NCBI GenBank assembly: GCA_963816185.1
Contig: CAWFJJ010000005.1
Location: forward strand, 64,001-128,000
Reading direction: 5' to 3'
Source of the DNA: Thermoanaerobaculia bacterium
GTDB lineage: Bacteria > Acidobacteriota > Thermoanaerobaculia > UBA5066
DNA: 64,000 nucleotides
In this document: positions 38,916 through 49,536 of the stretch, piece by piece
Numbering within the stretch: position 1 is the stretch's first letter
How the letters are laid out: each line of letters opens with the position of its first letter
Translations under genes and position numbers: made by a program
The notes under the pieces: generated by a model
What the model was told of the DNA's origin: nothing
What the model saw: only the letters and a program-made list of their open reading frames with translations
The model's database searches: none

Positions 38916-40966
38916 GCGCCGCACCACGTCCGGACCGCCGGGCCCTGCTCCTGCTCGCGGGGGTCGGTCTCTGGATCCTCGTTCTTTTCGTGCGGCTCGT
39001 GGACCTGCAGGTCCTGAGGCGGGACGAGTTCCAGCGCCGCGCCCGAAGGCAGCAGGAACGCACGGTCGAGCTCGCCCCGCGGCGCGGCATCATCCAGGAC
39101 GCGGACGGCACGCTTCTGGCGGTGAACGCGCGCGCCGACTCGGTCTTCGCGATCCCGTCCGACGTGGCCGATGCCGAGAAGGAGGCCGCGCTGCTCGCGC
39201 CGCTCCTCAAGCATCCGGTGAGAGACCTTGCGAAGAAGCTCGCGAGCCCGGATCGTGACTTCATCTGGCTTTCGCGCCGCGTGAGCGACGCCGTGGCGGC
39301 GCGCGTGCGCGGTCTCGTCGCCGAAAAGCGCCTTCCGGGCATCCAGCTCGTGGCCGAGTCGACGCGCCGCTATCCCGAGGGAACGCTCGCGGCGGCCGTA
39401 CTGGGATACGTGGGAACCGACAACCAGGGGCTCGCGGGTCTCGAGTATCGCTTCGACGCCGACGTGCGCGGCAAGCCCGCGCGCGTGACGCTCCTCCGCG
39501 ACGCGGCGCAGCGGCCCTACGCGACCCGGGCTCGCGAAGGCGGCGAGGCGCCGCGCGAGGGCTACGAGGGCGCGCGGCTGACCCTCACGATCCGGACCTC
39601 GATCCAACACGCGGCCGAGCGCGAGCTCGCGAAGGTCATGGCGGAGTTCCATCCGCGCGGGGCCTCCGCAGTCGTCCTCGATCCGGCGTCGGGCGCGATC
39701 CTCGCGCTCGCCTCGTTCCCCACCTTCGATCCGAACCATTACGGCGACGTGGACGCCGAGGCACGGCGCTGCCGGCCGCTCGCGGACGTCTACGAGCCGG
39801 GCTCGACGTTCAAAATCGTGGCCGCCGCGACGGCCTTGGATTCCGGAACGATCTCTCTCGACGACCCGATCGACTGCGGCGGGGGCACGCTCACGATCGG
39901 GACGACCACGATTCACGAGCACGGCGGAATGGGCTGGAGCACTCTGACGATCGGCGACATCCTCGTCCATTCCTCGAACATCGGGATCGCGCACGTCGCA
40001 ATGACGCTCGGCCGCGCTTCGTTCTACAAGGCCGTCCGGGCGTTCGGTTTCGGGGAGAAGACGGGCGTCGAGCTGGAGGGGGAGACCGCGGGGCTGGTCG
40101 AGGAGACGTCGGGCTGGAGCGCGCTCACGCTGCCGACGATGGCGTTCGGCCAGGAGATCGGCGTCACGGTGCTTCAGATGGCGCGTGCGTACGCCGCGAT
40201 CGCGAACGGCGGCGTGCTGCCTCCGATCCATCTCGTGGATTCGATCGGTGACTCGAATCAGAGCCTGGATGCGGCGAATCGAAGAATCGAGCGGCCCGCC
40301 CCGCGGCGCCTCATGAGCGAGGACACGGCACGCCGGCTGCGGATCCTCCTCGCGAGGGTCGTCGAGATGGGAACGGGAAAAGCCGCCGCGATTCCAGGCT
40401 ACACCGCAGCCGGCAAGACGGGCACGGCGCAGAAGGCGGTGCCGGGGGCCGGGTATTCGAAGGACCGCACCGTGGCTTCCTTTATAGGATTCGCGCCCGC
40501 CGAAAAGCCGCGCGTCGTGATCGCGGTCGTCGTGGACGAGCCGAAGGGGAAGACTTACGGCGCCGAGGTCGCGGCGCCGGCCTTCTCGGCGATCGGAGCC
40601 GACGTCCTCAGGATCCTGAGGGAGCCCTCCGCTCCGGTCGACGCCACGCGTCCCTCCCTCCTCACCGCCGACCTCGGCGCGGGAGCTGCGGCCGTCGCGC
40701 TCAGCGCCCGTCTGAATGCCGACGACCTGGTGCCTGCGGCGAACCGGACCGAGAGGGCCGGCGAGAGCGCGGACCGCGTGCCGGACGTCTCCGGCAAGAG
40801 CGCGCGCGACGCCGTGCGGCTCCTCGCATCCCGCGGCCTTTCCGCGCGGCTTTCGGGAGACGGGTTCGTCGTGTCGCAGGAACCTCCCGCGGGGTCACCC
40901 GCCGAACGGGGGGGAGCGTGCGCGCTCCAGCTCGCTCAGCGGATCGCGCCGGGAGAGACGCCATGA
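38912..40966 (+). CDS. ftsI: Division transpeptidase PBP3/FtsI with C-terminal PASTA domain
   Basis: RGIIQD, RRYPEG, EPGSTFK (SxxK), SSN, GKTGT. Start placed at CTG 38912 to include the TM anchor; the first GTG is at 38990. Confidence 0.9.
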   Translation: MSAAPRPDRRALLLLAGVGLWILVLFVRLVDLQVLRRDEFQRRARRQQERTVELAPRRGIIQDADGTLLAVNARADSVFAIPSDVADAEKEAALLAPLLKHPVRDLAKKLASPDRDFIWLSRRVSDAVAARVRGLVAEKRLPGIQLVAESTRRYPEGTLAAAVLGYVGTDNQGLAGLEYRFDADVRGKPARVTLLRDAAQRPYATRAREGGEAPREGYEGARLTLTIRTSIQHAAERELAKVMAEFHPRGASAVVLDPASGAILALASFPTFDPNHYGDVDAEARRCRPLADVYEPGSTFKIVAAATALDSGTISLDDPIDCGGGTLTIGTTTIHEHGGMGWSTLTIGDILVHSSNIGIAHVAMTLGRASFYKAVRAFGFGEKTGVELEGETAGLVEETSGWSALTLPTMAFGQEIGVTVLQMARAYAAIANGGVLPPIHLVDSIGDSNQSLDAANRRIERPAPRRLMSEDTARRLRILLARVVEMGTGKAAAIPGYTAAGKTGTAQKAVPGAGYSKDRTVASFIGFAPAEKPRVVIAVVVDEPKGKTYGAEVAAPAFSAIGADVLRILREPSAPVDATRPSLLTADLGAGAAAVALSARLNADDLVPAANRTERAGESADRVPDVSGKSARDAVRLLASRGLSARLSGDGFVVSQEPPAGSPAERGGACALQLAQRIAPGETP

Positions 40967-42597
40967 AGCTCTCGACGCTTGCCTCGGATCTCGCGAACCG
41001 GCGCTCCGGCGCCCCCGGGGACCCCGACATCCTCTCCGTCACGCACGACTCGCGCGCCGCGAAGGCCGGATCGCTGTTCGCCGCATTCCCCGGCCTGAAA
41101 TCCGACGGCCGCCTATTCGTGGCCGACGCGGTCTCGCGCGGCGCCGTCGCGGCGCTCGGGCTCGCACCCGCACCCGATGCCACGGCCGTGCCGTACCTCG
41201 AGGTCGAGAACCCCCGGCGCTCGGCGGGTCTCGTGGCTTCGCGGCTCGCGGGCCGGCCGTCGGAGCGGCTCGCGATGGCGGGTGTGACCGGCACGAGCGG
41301 CAAGACGACGACGACGTACCTCCTCGACGGAATTCTCGCTCTCCGCCATCCGAAGCGCGGTTTCTTCGGGACGATCGTCTACCGCGGCGGCGGCTCGGCG
41401 ATTCCGGCGCCGCACACGACGCCGGAGGCCACGGAGCTGCAGCCGATGCTCGCGGCGCTCGTCGCGGAGGGCGGCACGGCCGCGATCCTGGAGTGCTCCT
41501 CGCATGCGCTCGTCCTCGAACGCCTCGCAGGGTGCTCGTTCGACGTCGCGATCTTCCTCAATCTCTCGCGGGATCATCTGGACTTCCACGGCGACATGGA
41601 CGATTACTTCGAGGCGAAGTCCCGCCTCTTCTCGATGCTCAAACCGGAGGGGAAGGCGGTCGTCAACCTCGGAGACGCGTACGGGCGGAAGCTCGCGAGC
41701 CGGCTGGTCGCCAAGGGAACCGTTGGATTTCTCTTAGAAGGTGAAGAGGGGACGGAGCAGACCAGGCCGGCGGCGCTTGCGGGGGCCGTGGCGCTGGCGG
41801 CGGCGGCTGCAGGGGAGACGAGCCTCTTCGCGACGGTTCTCGGCCGCGCGACGCTCGGTCTCGACGGAACGCGGCTCGAGATCGAGGTCAAGACCCCATT
41901 CCCCTTCGAAGAAAAAACAAACGTGACGCAAACCCCACTGAAGCGTGAAAGAACAGCCGAGTCTGGAGCCCTATTGACAATAGATTCCCCTCTTCTTGGA
42001 AGGTCGAATGCCGAGAACCTGCTGGCGGCTGCCGCCGCCGGCGTCGCGCTCGGCCTCTCGCCCGCCGAGATCAAGGCGGGTCTCGAGTCCGTGACGAGCG
42101 TGCCGGGGCGACTCGAGCGAATCGAGAACACGTGCGGATTCACGGTCCTCGTGGACTATGCCCACAAGCCCGCCGCCCTCGAGGGCGTGCTCAAGACGGT
42201 GAGACCGATCGCGGCGGCGGGAGGCGGCCGCCTGATCGCCGTGTTCGGGTGCGGCGGCGACCGCGACAAGGGGAAGCGCCCGGAGATGGGCCGCATTGCG
42301 GCGTTACTCGCCGACGAGGTCGTCGTGACGTCCGACAACCCGCGGTCGGAGGAGCCCGAGGCGATCCTCCGCGACGTGCGCGCGGGCGTCGAGGCGGCCG
42401 GAAAGACTGCGCATTACGTGACGGACCGCCGCGCGGCGATCGCCGCGGCTTTCGCACTTGCGCGGGTGGGGGACGTCGTCCTCGTGGCGGGCAAGGGGCA
42501 CGAGACGAGTCAGATCGCGGGCGGTCTGGAGCTGCCGTTCGACGACCGCCTCGTCGCGAAAGAGCTTCTCGAAAGTCATGAAACGGCGGCGCGATGA
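40963..42597 (+). CDS. murE: UDP-MurNAc-tripeptide ligase, with internal insertions
   Basis: [49 protein letters not shown]. Confidence 0.95.
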   Translation: MKLSTLASDLANRRSGAPGDPDILSVTHDSRAAKAGSLFAAFPGLKSDGRLFVADAVSRGAVAALGLAPAPDATAVPYLEVENPRRSAGLVASRLAGRPSERLAMAGVTGTSGKTTTTYLLDGILALRHPKRGFFGTIVYRGGGSAIPAPHTTPEATELQPMLAALVAEGGTAAILECSSHALVLERLAGCSFDVAIFLNLSRDHLDFHGDMDDYFEAKSRLFSMLKPEGKAVVNLGDAYGRKLASRLVAKGTVGFLLEGEEGTEQTRPAALAGAVALAAAAAGETSLFATVLGRATLGLDGTRLEIEVKTPFPFEEKTNVTQTPLKRERTAESGALLTIDSPLLGRSNAENLLAAAAAGVALGLSPAEIKAGLESVTSVPGRLERIENTCGFTVLVDYAHKPAALEGVLKTVRPIAAAGGGRLIAVFGCGGDRDKGKRPEMGRIAALLADEVVVTSDNPRSEEPEAILRDVRAGVEAAGKTAHYVTDRRAAIAAAFALARVGDVVLVAGKGHETSQIAGGLELPFDDRLVAKELLESHETAAR

Positions 42598-43679
42598 TCC
42601 TCTGGCTGCTCTACCCGCTGCACGGTCGGCTGCCGCTCTTCAATGTTTTCCGGTACATCACGTTCCGGGCAGCGAACGCGGCTCTCATGGCGCTTCTCCT
42701 GTCGATCTTCCTCGGGCCCGCCCTCATCCGCTGGCTACGCGCGAGGCAGATCGGCCAGTCCATCCGCGAGGACGGACCGAAGGGCCATCAGGTGAAAGCG
42801 GGCACGCCCACGATGGGCGGCGTCCTGATCAATCTGGCGATCGTCGTGCCCACGCTCGTGTTCGCCGACCTTTCGAATCGCTACGTATGGGTCGCCCTCG
42901 GCGCGACCGTCCTCGCCATGCTCATCGGCATCGGCGACGACTGGCGCAAGGTGTCGCGCAAGAACAACCGCGGCCTCTCGGGCCGGCAGAAGCTGGCCCT
43001 GCAAACCGCGATCGGGCTCGGCGTGGCGTGGGCGTCCGTGAAGCTCTTCGAAGCGCGCGCGGACGCCACGCAGATCGCCCTGCCGTTCCTGAAGAACGTC
43101 CACCCCGACCTCGGCCTTCTCTACATCCTCTTCGCGGCGGTCGTCGTCGTGGGCTCGTCGAACGCCGTGAACCTCACGGACGGCCTTGACGGGCTCGCGA
43201 TCGGCGCGACGCTCATCGCATCGGCCACGTTCGCGATCCTCGCGTACATCGCCGGGAACGCGAAGGCCGCGGGCTACCTCCTCGTGCCGTCCGTTCCCGG
43301 AACGGGCGAGCTCGCGGTCTTCTGCGCCGCGATCGTGGGCGCCTCGCTCGGCTTCCTCTGGTTCAACGCGTACCCGGCCGAGGTCTTCATGGGCGACACG
43401 GGCTCGCTCGCGCTCGGGGCCGCGCTCGGAACGGTCGCCGTCCTCATCAAGCAGGAGATCCTGCTCGTCCTCGTGGGCGGGCTCTTCGTCGTCGAAGCCG
43501 CTTCGGTGATCCTGCAGGTCGGCTCTTTCAAGATGCGGGGCAAGCGCATCTTTCGGATGGCGCCCCTCCACCACCACTTCGAGCTCGCCGGATGGCCGGA
43601 GTCGAAGGTCATCATCCGGTTCTGGATCGTGGCGATCCTCTTCGCGCTCTTCGCGCTTTCCACGCTGAAGCTCCGATGA
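42594..43679 (+). CDS. mraY: Phospho-N-acetylmuramoyl-pentapeptide transferase
   Basis: [38 protein letters not shown]. Confidence 0.97.
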   Translation: MILWLLYPLHGRLPLFNVFRYITFRAANAALMALLLSIFLGPALIRWLRARQIGQSIREDGPKGHQVKAGTPTMGGVLINLAIVVPTLVFADLSNRYVWVALGATVLAMLIGIGDDWRKVSRKNNRGLSGRQKLALQTAIGLGVAWASVKLFEARADATQIALPFLKNVHPDLGLLYILFAAVVVVGSSNAVNLTDGLDGLAIGATLIASATFAILAYIAGNAKAAGYLLVPSVPGTGELAVFCAAIVGASLGFLWFNAYPAEVFMGDTGSLALGAALGTVAVLIKQEILLVLVGGLFVVEAASVILQVGSFKMRGKRIFRMAPLHHHFELAGWPESKVIIRFWIVAILFALFALSTLKLR

Positions 43680-45079
43680 CGCTCTCGCTCGGACCCGACC
43701 TGCCCGAGATCCGCTCCGCGGCGGTCTTCGGACTCGCTCGCTCGGGCCGTGCCGCGGTGGCGGCGCTCGCCGAGCGCGGAGTCGAGGTGATCGGGACGGA
43801 CGCGAAGGCCGACCTCGAAGGCCTCACCGAATGCCCCGGCGTGAGGTACGTCCTGGGCGGGCATCCCGAGTCGCTCCTCGACGGCATCGACCTCGTCGTC
43901 GTGTCGCCCGGAATTCCGCTGACGCTGCCCGTCTTCGACGCCGCGCGGGCACGCGCGCTTCCCGTCGTGGCGGAGATCGAGCTGGCCTCGCGCCTCTTGC
44001 CAGGCGTGGTCGTCGGCGTCACGGGCACGAACGGAAAGTCCACGACCACGGCGCTCGCCGCCGCGCTCCTGAAGAGTGCCGGCCATTACGCGGTGGCCTG
44101 CGGCAACTTCGGGACGCCATGGATTCACTTCGCGACGAAGGAGGGGGCGAACGGGAATGGCACCGTGCCGCGCACGTGGGTCGTCGAGCTGTCGTCCTTC
44201 CAGCTCGAGGGCATCCGGCGGTTCGCGCCCGACGTGGCGGTTCATCTGAACCTCACCCCCGATCACCTCGACCGTTACCGCTCGATGGACGACTACGGCG
44301 CGGCCAAGGCGCGCATCTTCGAGAATCAGCGCGAGGCTCAGGTCGCCGTCCTGAACGCGGACGACCCGCTCGTCGCACGCGTGAGGCCTCGCGCACGGCG
44401 CCTCGCGTTCTCGCGGCTCTGCTCGCCGGGGATGGGCGCCTGGGTCGCCGACGACCTGTTTCTCGCGGACGTGACGGGCAAGGGCCCGCGGATCGTCGCG
44501 AAGCGATCCGATCTCGCGCTGCCGGGTGCGCACAACGTCGAAAACGCGCTCGCGGCTCTCGCGGCGACACTGCCGCTCGGCGTCACGCCCGAAGCCGCCG
44601 TCGAGACGCTGCGCACGTTCCGGGGCCTGCCTCATCGCACGGCGCTCGTGCGCACGGTGAGCGGCGTCAGCTACTGGAACGACTCGAAGGGCACGAACGT
44701 GGACGCGACGCTGAAGAGCCTCGAGGGATTCGAGGACCACAGGGTACACCTCATCCTCGGCGGGAAGGACAAGGGCGACGACTTCAGGCGACTCGGCCCG
44801 CTCGCGGCGCGGAAGGCCCGGAAGATCCTGGCCATCGGCAAGGCGGCGCCCACGATCGCGCAGGCGCTCGGAAGCCTGCCCGGCGTCGCCCTCGAAGTCG
44901 TCGGGACGCTCGAGAAGGCGATCGAGGACGCCGCGGCCCACGCGGAGCCGGGAGACGCCGTGCTCCTCTCGCCGGCGTGCGCCTCGCTCGACCAGTTCCG
45001 CAACTTCGAGCATCGCGGCGAGGTGTTCGAAGCGCTCGTGAGAGCGCTCCCCGAGCGGGCCGCGGCGGGGAAACGCTGA
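43676..45079 (+). CDS. murD: UDP-MurNAc-L-Ala:D-Glu ligase
   Basis: [43 protein letters not shown]. Confidence 0.96.
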   Translation: MTLSLGPDLPEIRSAAVFGLARSGRAAVAALAERGVEVIGTDAKADLEGLTECPGVRYVLGGHPESLLDGIDLVVVSPGIPLTLPVFDAARARALPVVAEIELASRLLPGVVVGVTGTNGKSTTTALAAALLKSAGHYAVACGNFGTPWIHFATKEGANGNGTVPRTWVVELSSFQLEGIRRFAPDVAVHLNLTPDHLDRYRSMDDYGAAKARIFENQREAQVAVLNADDPLVARVRPRARRLAFSRLCSPGMGAWVADDLFLADVTGKGPRIVAKRSDLALPGAHNVENALAALAATLPLGVTPEAAVETLRTFRGLPHRTALVRTVSGVSYWNDSKGTNVDATLKSLEGFEDHRVHLILGGKDKGDDFRRLGPLAARKARKILAIGKAAPTIAQALGSLPGVALEVVGTLEKAIEDAAAHAEPGDAVLLSPACASLDQFRNFEHRGEVFEALVRALPERAAAGKR

Positions 45080-46185
45080 TGGCCCGGAAGCTGGCCTTCG
45101 ATCGCCTTCTCTTCGGGTCCGTCGTGCTCCTCGTGTTCCTGGGCCTGCTCATGATCTACAGCGCCTCGGCAATGCAGATCTACCTGCCGACGTCCGCGGC
45201 CCCGGCCGGGGCATATTTCTTCGTGATCAAGCAGACGATCGCCGTCGCCGTCGGCGGGGTCCTCGCATTCCTGGTGATGTCGATCGACTACCGCCGCCTG
45301 AACGACCCGCGCCTCATCGTCGCCCTGCTCGTCCTTCTCACGGGTGCCCTCGTCGCGGTGCTCCTTCGGGCCCCCGTAAACGGCGCGCGGCGTTGGCTGT
45401 CGTTCGGGATCGTCAAATCGATTCAGCCGTCGGAATTCGCGAAGATCGGCCTCGTCATCGCGCTCGCGGCGCTGCTGACGCGGCGGGAGCGGGAGATCAC
45501 GCACCCGACGCGGACCCTGCTTCCGATCCTCGGGCTCGTCTCCCTCTTCGCGGGGCTCGTCCTCCTCGAACCCGACTTCGGCACCGCCCTCACGTACTTC
45601 GTGATCGCCGGTGCGATGCTCTTTTTCGCAGGCTTGCCGCTGAAGTATTTTCTCGGCTCGGCGCTGCTCCTCGTGCCCACGCTCTCGGCGTTCGTGTGGA
45701 CGGCGCAATATCGGCGCGACCGTCTCCTCGCATTCCTGCACCCCGAGGCGGACCCTCTCGGCCGGGGTTTTCACGCGATCCAGTCGCTCATCGCCGTCGG
45801 CACGGGCGGCGTCACGGGTCTCGGCCTCGGGCACGGCAAGCAGAAGCTCTTCTTCCTGCCCTATCCGTACACGGACTTCATCTATGCGATCGTGGGCGAG
45901 GAGCTTGGGCTCATCGGCTGCGCCGCCGTCCTCGCGCTGTTCGGCTTCCTCTTCGCCCGAGGCGTCCGTGCCGCCGCGAATGCCCCCGACTCGTTCGGGA
46001 GGCTTCTGGGGATCGGCTTTTCCGTGATGATCGTCGTGCAGGCGCTCACGAACATCTCCGTCGTCCTTTCGCTCCTGCCCACGAAGGGAATCCCGCTGCC
46101 GTTCCTCTCGTACGGCGGGTCGGCGCTCTTCGCCGACCTCCTCGCGGTCGGGATCCTCCTCAACCTCTCGCAACACGCGTCATGA
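45079..46185 (+). CDS. ftsW: SEDS peptidoglycan polymerase FtsW
   Basis: NGARRW, IQPSEFAK, EPDFG, TDFI..IVGEELG, LPFLSYGGS. Confidence 0.95.
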   Translation: MARKLAFDRLLFGSVVLLVFLGLLMIYSASAMQIYLPTSAAPAGAYFFVIKQTIAVAVGGVLAFLVMSIDYRRLNDPRLIVALLVLLTGALVAVLLRAPVNGARRWLSFGIVKSIQPSEFAKIGLVIALAALLTRREREITHPTRTLLPILGLVSLFAGLVLLEPDFGTALTYFVIAGAMLFFAGLPLKYFLGSALLLVPTLSAFVWTAQYRRDRLLAFLHPEADPLGRGFHAIQSLIAVGTGGVTGLGLGHGKQKLFFLPYPYTDFIYAIVGEELGLIGCAAVLALFGFLFARGVRAAANAPDSFGRLLGIGFSVMIVVQALTNISVVLSLLPTKGIPLPFLSYGGSALFADLLAVGILLNLSQHAS

Positions 46186-47279
46186 CCGAGCGCGGCTTTC
46201 TCATCGCGGGCGGAGGGACGGGCGGGCACGTGTTCCCCGCGCTCGCCCTGGCTGGCGAGATCCGGCGGCGGCGTCCGGGCGCGTCCGTCGTGTTCGTGGG
46301 CACGGCGCGCGGGCTCGAGACGACTCTCGTCCCGAAGGCCGGCTTTCCCCTCGAGCTGATCCGCGCGAAGGGCCTCGTGGGCAAAGGCTGGCGCGCACGC
46401 CTCGACGGGCTCCTCGCGCTGCCTTTGGCGTTCGTCGATTCGCTGCGCCTTCTCGCGCGGCACGCCCCACGCGCCGTCGTGGGCGTCGGAGGCTATGCCT
46501 CGGGCCCGCTCGTGGCCACGGCGTGGGCTCGCCGTGTGCCGACGCTGATTCACGAGCAGAACGCGGTTCCCGGCCTCACGAACCGCCTGCTCGCGCGCGT
46601 GGCGAAACGCGTCGCGGTCGGCAACGCCCGCGGGGCCACCGCGCTGCCCGGAGCGATCGTGACGGGCAATCCGGTCCGAAAGGATTTCTTCGAGATCCCC
46701 TCCCTCGTCTCACGGGAAAGAGATCGCCGTTTCCGGCTTCTCGTCGTCGGCGGCAGCCAGGGCGCACAGATCCTGAATCGCCTCGTGCCGCCCGCGCTCG
46801 CGCGGGTCGCCGCGGCGGGGGTCGCGTTCGACGTCGTGCACCAGGCTGGAAAGGACCGCGCCGGCGAGGTCGTGACGTCGTACGCGAGGCTCGGCCTTCC
46901 GGCCGACCGCACGTTCGTCCACGAGTTTCTCGACGACATGGCCGCCGCGTACGCGGCCGCGGATCTCGTCGTCGCGCGCGCGGGCGCGATGACGATCGCG
47001 GAGATCGCGGCGGCCGGCCGCCCCGCGCTCCTCGTCCCGTTCGCGGCCGCGACGCACGCCCATCAGGAGGCGAACGCCCGCGCGCTCGAGGCGATGGGCG
47101 CGGCCGTGGTTCTCAAGGAGGCCGAAGCGACGGAGGAGGCTCTCGCGGCGGCGCTCGCGGGCCTTCTGGGCGATCCTCTGCGTCTTCTCGAGATGGGCGA
47201 GTCCGCGCGCCGCTCGGCTCATCCGGACGCGGCCTCGCGGCTGTGCGATTTGGTGTTCGAAGTCGAGGCGAAGTCGTGA
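46182..47279 (+). CDS. murG: Lipid II GlcNAc transferase
   Basis: GGGTGGHVFPA, GGYAS, HEQNAVPG, GGSQGA, RAGA, HQEANA. Confidence 0.96.
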   Translation: MTERGFLIAGGGTGGHVFPALALAGEIRRRRPGASVVFVGTARGLETTLVPKAGFPLELIRAKGLVGKGWRARLDGLLALPLAFVDSLRLLARHAPRAVVGVGGYASGPLVATAWARRVPTLIHEQNAVPGLTNRLLARVAKRVAVGNARGATALPGAIVTGNPVRKDFFEIPSLVSRERDRRFRLLVVGGSQGAQILNRLVPPALARVAAAGVAFDVVHQAGKDRAGEVVTSYARLGLPADRTFVHEFLDDMAAAYAAADLVVARAGAMTIAEIAAAGRPALLVPFAAATHAHQEANARALEAMGAAVVLKEAEATEEALAAALAGLLGDPLRLLEMGESARRSAHPDAASRLCDLVFEVEAKS

Positions 47280-48721
47280 ATTTCCTGAGGGTGAAGCGCC
47301 TTCATTTCGTGGGGATCGGCGGCATCGGGATGAGCGGCCTCGCCGAGCTCTTGAAGAGCGTCGGGCTCGAGGTGACCGGGTCGGACCTCTCGCTCGGAGA
47401 GACCACGATGCGTTTGAAGAGCCTCGGCATCCAGGTGCATCAGGGTCACCGCGCGGAAAACACGGCCGGCGCCGACGTCGTCATCTATTCGAGCGCGGTC
47501 AACGAGAGCAACGCGGAGGTCGCCGCCGCGCGGTCCGCCGGCATTCCCGTCATCAAGAGGGCCGAGATGCTCGCGGAAGTCATGCGCGTCAAGAGGGGAA
47601 TCGCGATCTCGGGCGCGCACGGCAAGACGACGACGACGTCCATGACCGGCGCGATCCTGATGGCGGCGGGCCTCGACCCCACGATCATCGTCGGCGGCCG
47701 CATGCGCGAAGTCGGCACGGCCCGGCTCGGACGCGGGGAATACCTCGTGGCCGAAGCCGACGAGTTCGACCGGTCGTTCCTGGCGCTCTCGCCGATGCTC
47801 GCGGTCGTCAACAACATCGACCTCGAGCACCTCGACACCTACCGCGACCTCGCGGACATCCAGGAGACGTTCGCACGCTTCGCGCGAAGCGTGCCGTTCT
47901 TCGGCGCCGCGATCCTCGGCCTGGACGATCCGAACGTGCAGGAGATCCGGCCTCTCATCTCGCGCCGTGTCGTGACGTTCGGCCTGACGCCTCAGGCCGA
48001 CGTGACCGTGCGGGACCTCGCTCTGGAGCGGACGGGCTCGCGGTTCGTCGCGACCGCGGGCCGCGAGTTCATGGGGCCCGTCGCGCTCAAGGTGCCGGGC
48101 CTCCATAACGTGAAGAACGCGCTCGCCGCGCTCGCCGTCGCGCGGGAGCTGTCGATTCCGTTCGGGATCGCCTCCCGCGCGCTCGAGGATTTCGCGGGCG
48201 TGATCCGGCGCTTCGAGAAAAAGGGCGAGACGGGCGGCATCATCGTGGTCGACGACTACGCGCACCACCCGACGGAGGTCGCCGCGACGCTCGCAGCCGC
48301 CCGCCAGTCGTACCCGGACCGGCGCATCGTCGCGCTCTTCCAGCCTCATCTCTATTCCCGTACGAAGGACTTCGCGGCGAACTTCGGGGCGGTATTTCTG
48401 AACGCGGACGTCCTCCTCGTGGCCCCGGTCTACGGCTCGCGGGAGGCGCCGCGCGAGGGTGTGACGGGCGCCCTCGTGGCCGACGCGGCGACGGCGCGCG
48501 GGCATCGGGCCGCGCGCTTCGTCGCCGACCGCGCGGACATCGGACGCGTTCTCGAGGAGGAATTGAAAGAGGGAGATCTTCTGCTCACGATGGGGGCCGG
48601 AGACGTGAATCAGTTCGGTGAAGAATTTCTTAGAAGGAAAGAGAACGCAGGTAACGTCACCGCGCAGCCGGCCGCCGCCGCGCAACCATCACACACCCCT
48701 TCTAAGAAATCCGAACCATGA
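47276..48721 (+). CDS. murC: UDP-MurNAc:L-Ala ligase, with repeat-derived C-terminal tail
   Basis: HFVGIGGIGMSG, GAHGKTTT, EADEFD, DDYAHHPTE, FQPH, MGAGD. Confidence 0.96.
   Translation: MNFLRVKRLHFVGIGGIGMSGLAELLKSVGLEVTGSDLSLGETTMRLKSLGIQVHQGHRAENTAGADVVIYSSAVNESNAEVAAARSAGIPVIKRAEMLAEVMRVKRGIAISGAHGKTTTTSMTGAILMAAGLDPTIIVGGRMREVGTARLGRGEYLVAEADEFDRSFLALSPMLAVVNNIDLEHLDTYRDLADIQETFARFARSVPFFGAAILGLDDPNVQEIRPLISRRVVTFGLTPQADVTVRDLALERTGSRFVATAGREFMGPVALKVPGLHNVKNALAALAVARELSIPFGIASRALEDFAGVIRRFEKKGETGGIIVVDDYAHHPTEVAATLAAARQSYPDRRIVALFQPHLYSRTKDFAANFGAVFLNADVLLVAPVYGSREAPREGVTGALVADAATARGHRAARFVADRADIGRVLEEELKEGDLLLTMGAGDVNQFGEEFLRRKENAGNVTAQPAAAAQPSHTPSKKSEP
48625..48710. repeat. 86-bp element with perfect 13-bp terminal inverted repeats, in-frame in the murC 3' end
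   Basis: ATTTCTTAGAAGG (48625-48637) ... CCTTCTAAGAAAT (48698-48710). Confidence 0.7.
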
Positions 48722-49527
48722 GCTCCTTCTACCGCCTCCCCGCCTCCCGCACCGTGCGCCCCATGCGGCGCCGCGCGGGACGGCAACTCCTCGTCCCGGG
48801 CGTGGTTTCGCTCGTCCTCGTGGTCCTCGGTCTTTCCGGCCTTCTCCTCTTGCGGACGCACCCTCGTTTCGCCGTGAATCGCGTCGTCCTCGAGGGCGTG
48901 CCTGAGGCGCGGCGATCCGAGGCGGAGGAGCTGACGGACGGCTGGATCGGACGCCCACTCCTCTTTCTGGATCTGGACGGGCCGGTGGCGGAGCTCTCGA
49001 AGCGCTCGTGGGTCGCGTCGGCGACGGCGCGCCGCATCGTGCCGGACACGATCGCCGTGCACGTCGTAGCGCGGCCGCCCGTCGCGCTCGTGGCGCGCGC
49101 CGACAGGGACGGCGAGCTGTGGACGATCGACCGCGGGGGCAGCTTCATCGGCCCCTATACGGGCCGCGCGCTCTCGAAGAGCGACGACTTCGTGGTCCTC
49201 TCCGGCGCATCCGACGCGGCAGCGCTCGGGCGCGGCGCGAAGTTCCTCGAGGCCCTTCGGAAAGAGGATCCCGAGCTCCTCGCGCGCGTGTCCGGCGTCG
49301 TCCTCGTGCCCGAAGGCTTTGCCGTGACGGACCGCGTCGCCAAGGCCCGCCTCCTGTTCGGGCCCGACGCCGCCGAGCCGCAGCGCGCCGCGCCGCTGTG
49401 GCGCGCGTTCCTCGCGCTTCGTCCCGAGCTCGACCGCAACTCCCTGCCCGCGACCGAGGCGGACCTTCGCTTTTCGGGACGCATCGTATTGAAAGCGCCC
49501 GGCGACACCGGGCACGGGAAGACCTGA
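48718..49527 (+). CDS. ftsQ: Cell division protein FtsQ/DivIB
   Basis: TM segment + POTRA (WVASATARRIVPDTI) + DLRF, located before ftsA. Confidence 0.85.
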   Translation: MSSFYRLPASRTVRPMRRRAGRQLLVPGVVSLVLVVLGLSGLLLLRTHPRFAVNRVVLEGVPEARRSEAEELTDGWIGRPLLFLDLDGPVAELSKRSWVASATARRIVPDTIAVHVVARPPVALVARADRDGELWTIDRGGSFIGPYTGRALSKSDDFVVLSGASDAAALGRGAKFLEALRKEDPELLARVSGVVLVPEGFAVTDRVAKARLLFGPDAAEPQRAAPLWRAFLALRPELDRNSLPATEADLRFSGRIVLKAPGDTGHGKT

Positions 49528-49536
49528 GGGGACTGG

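Noticed and set aside
35778-38927. 1049-aa ORF as an extended RNase D fusion
   Set aside because: The N-terminal two thirds is antisense to mraZ/rsmH/ftsL; only the last ~380 codons are RNase D.
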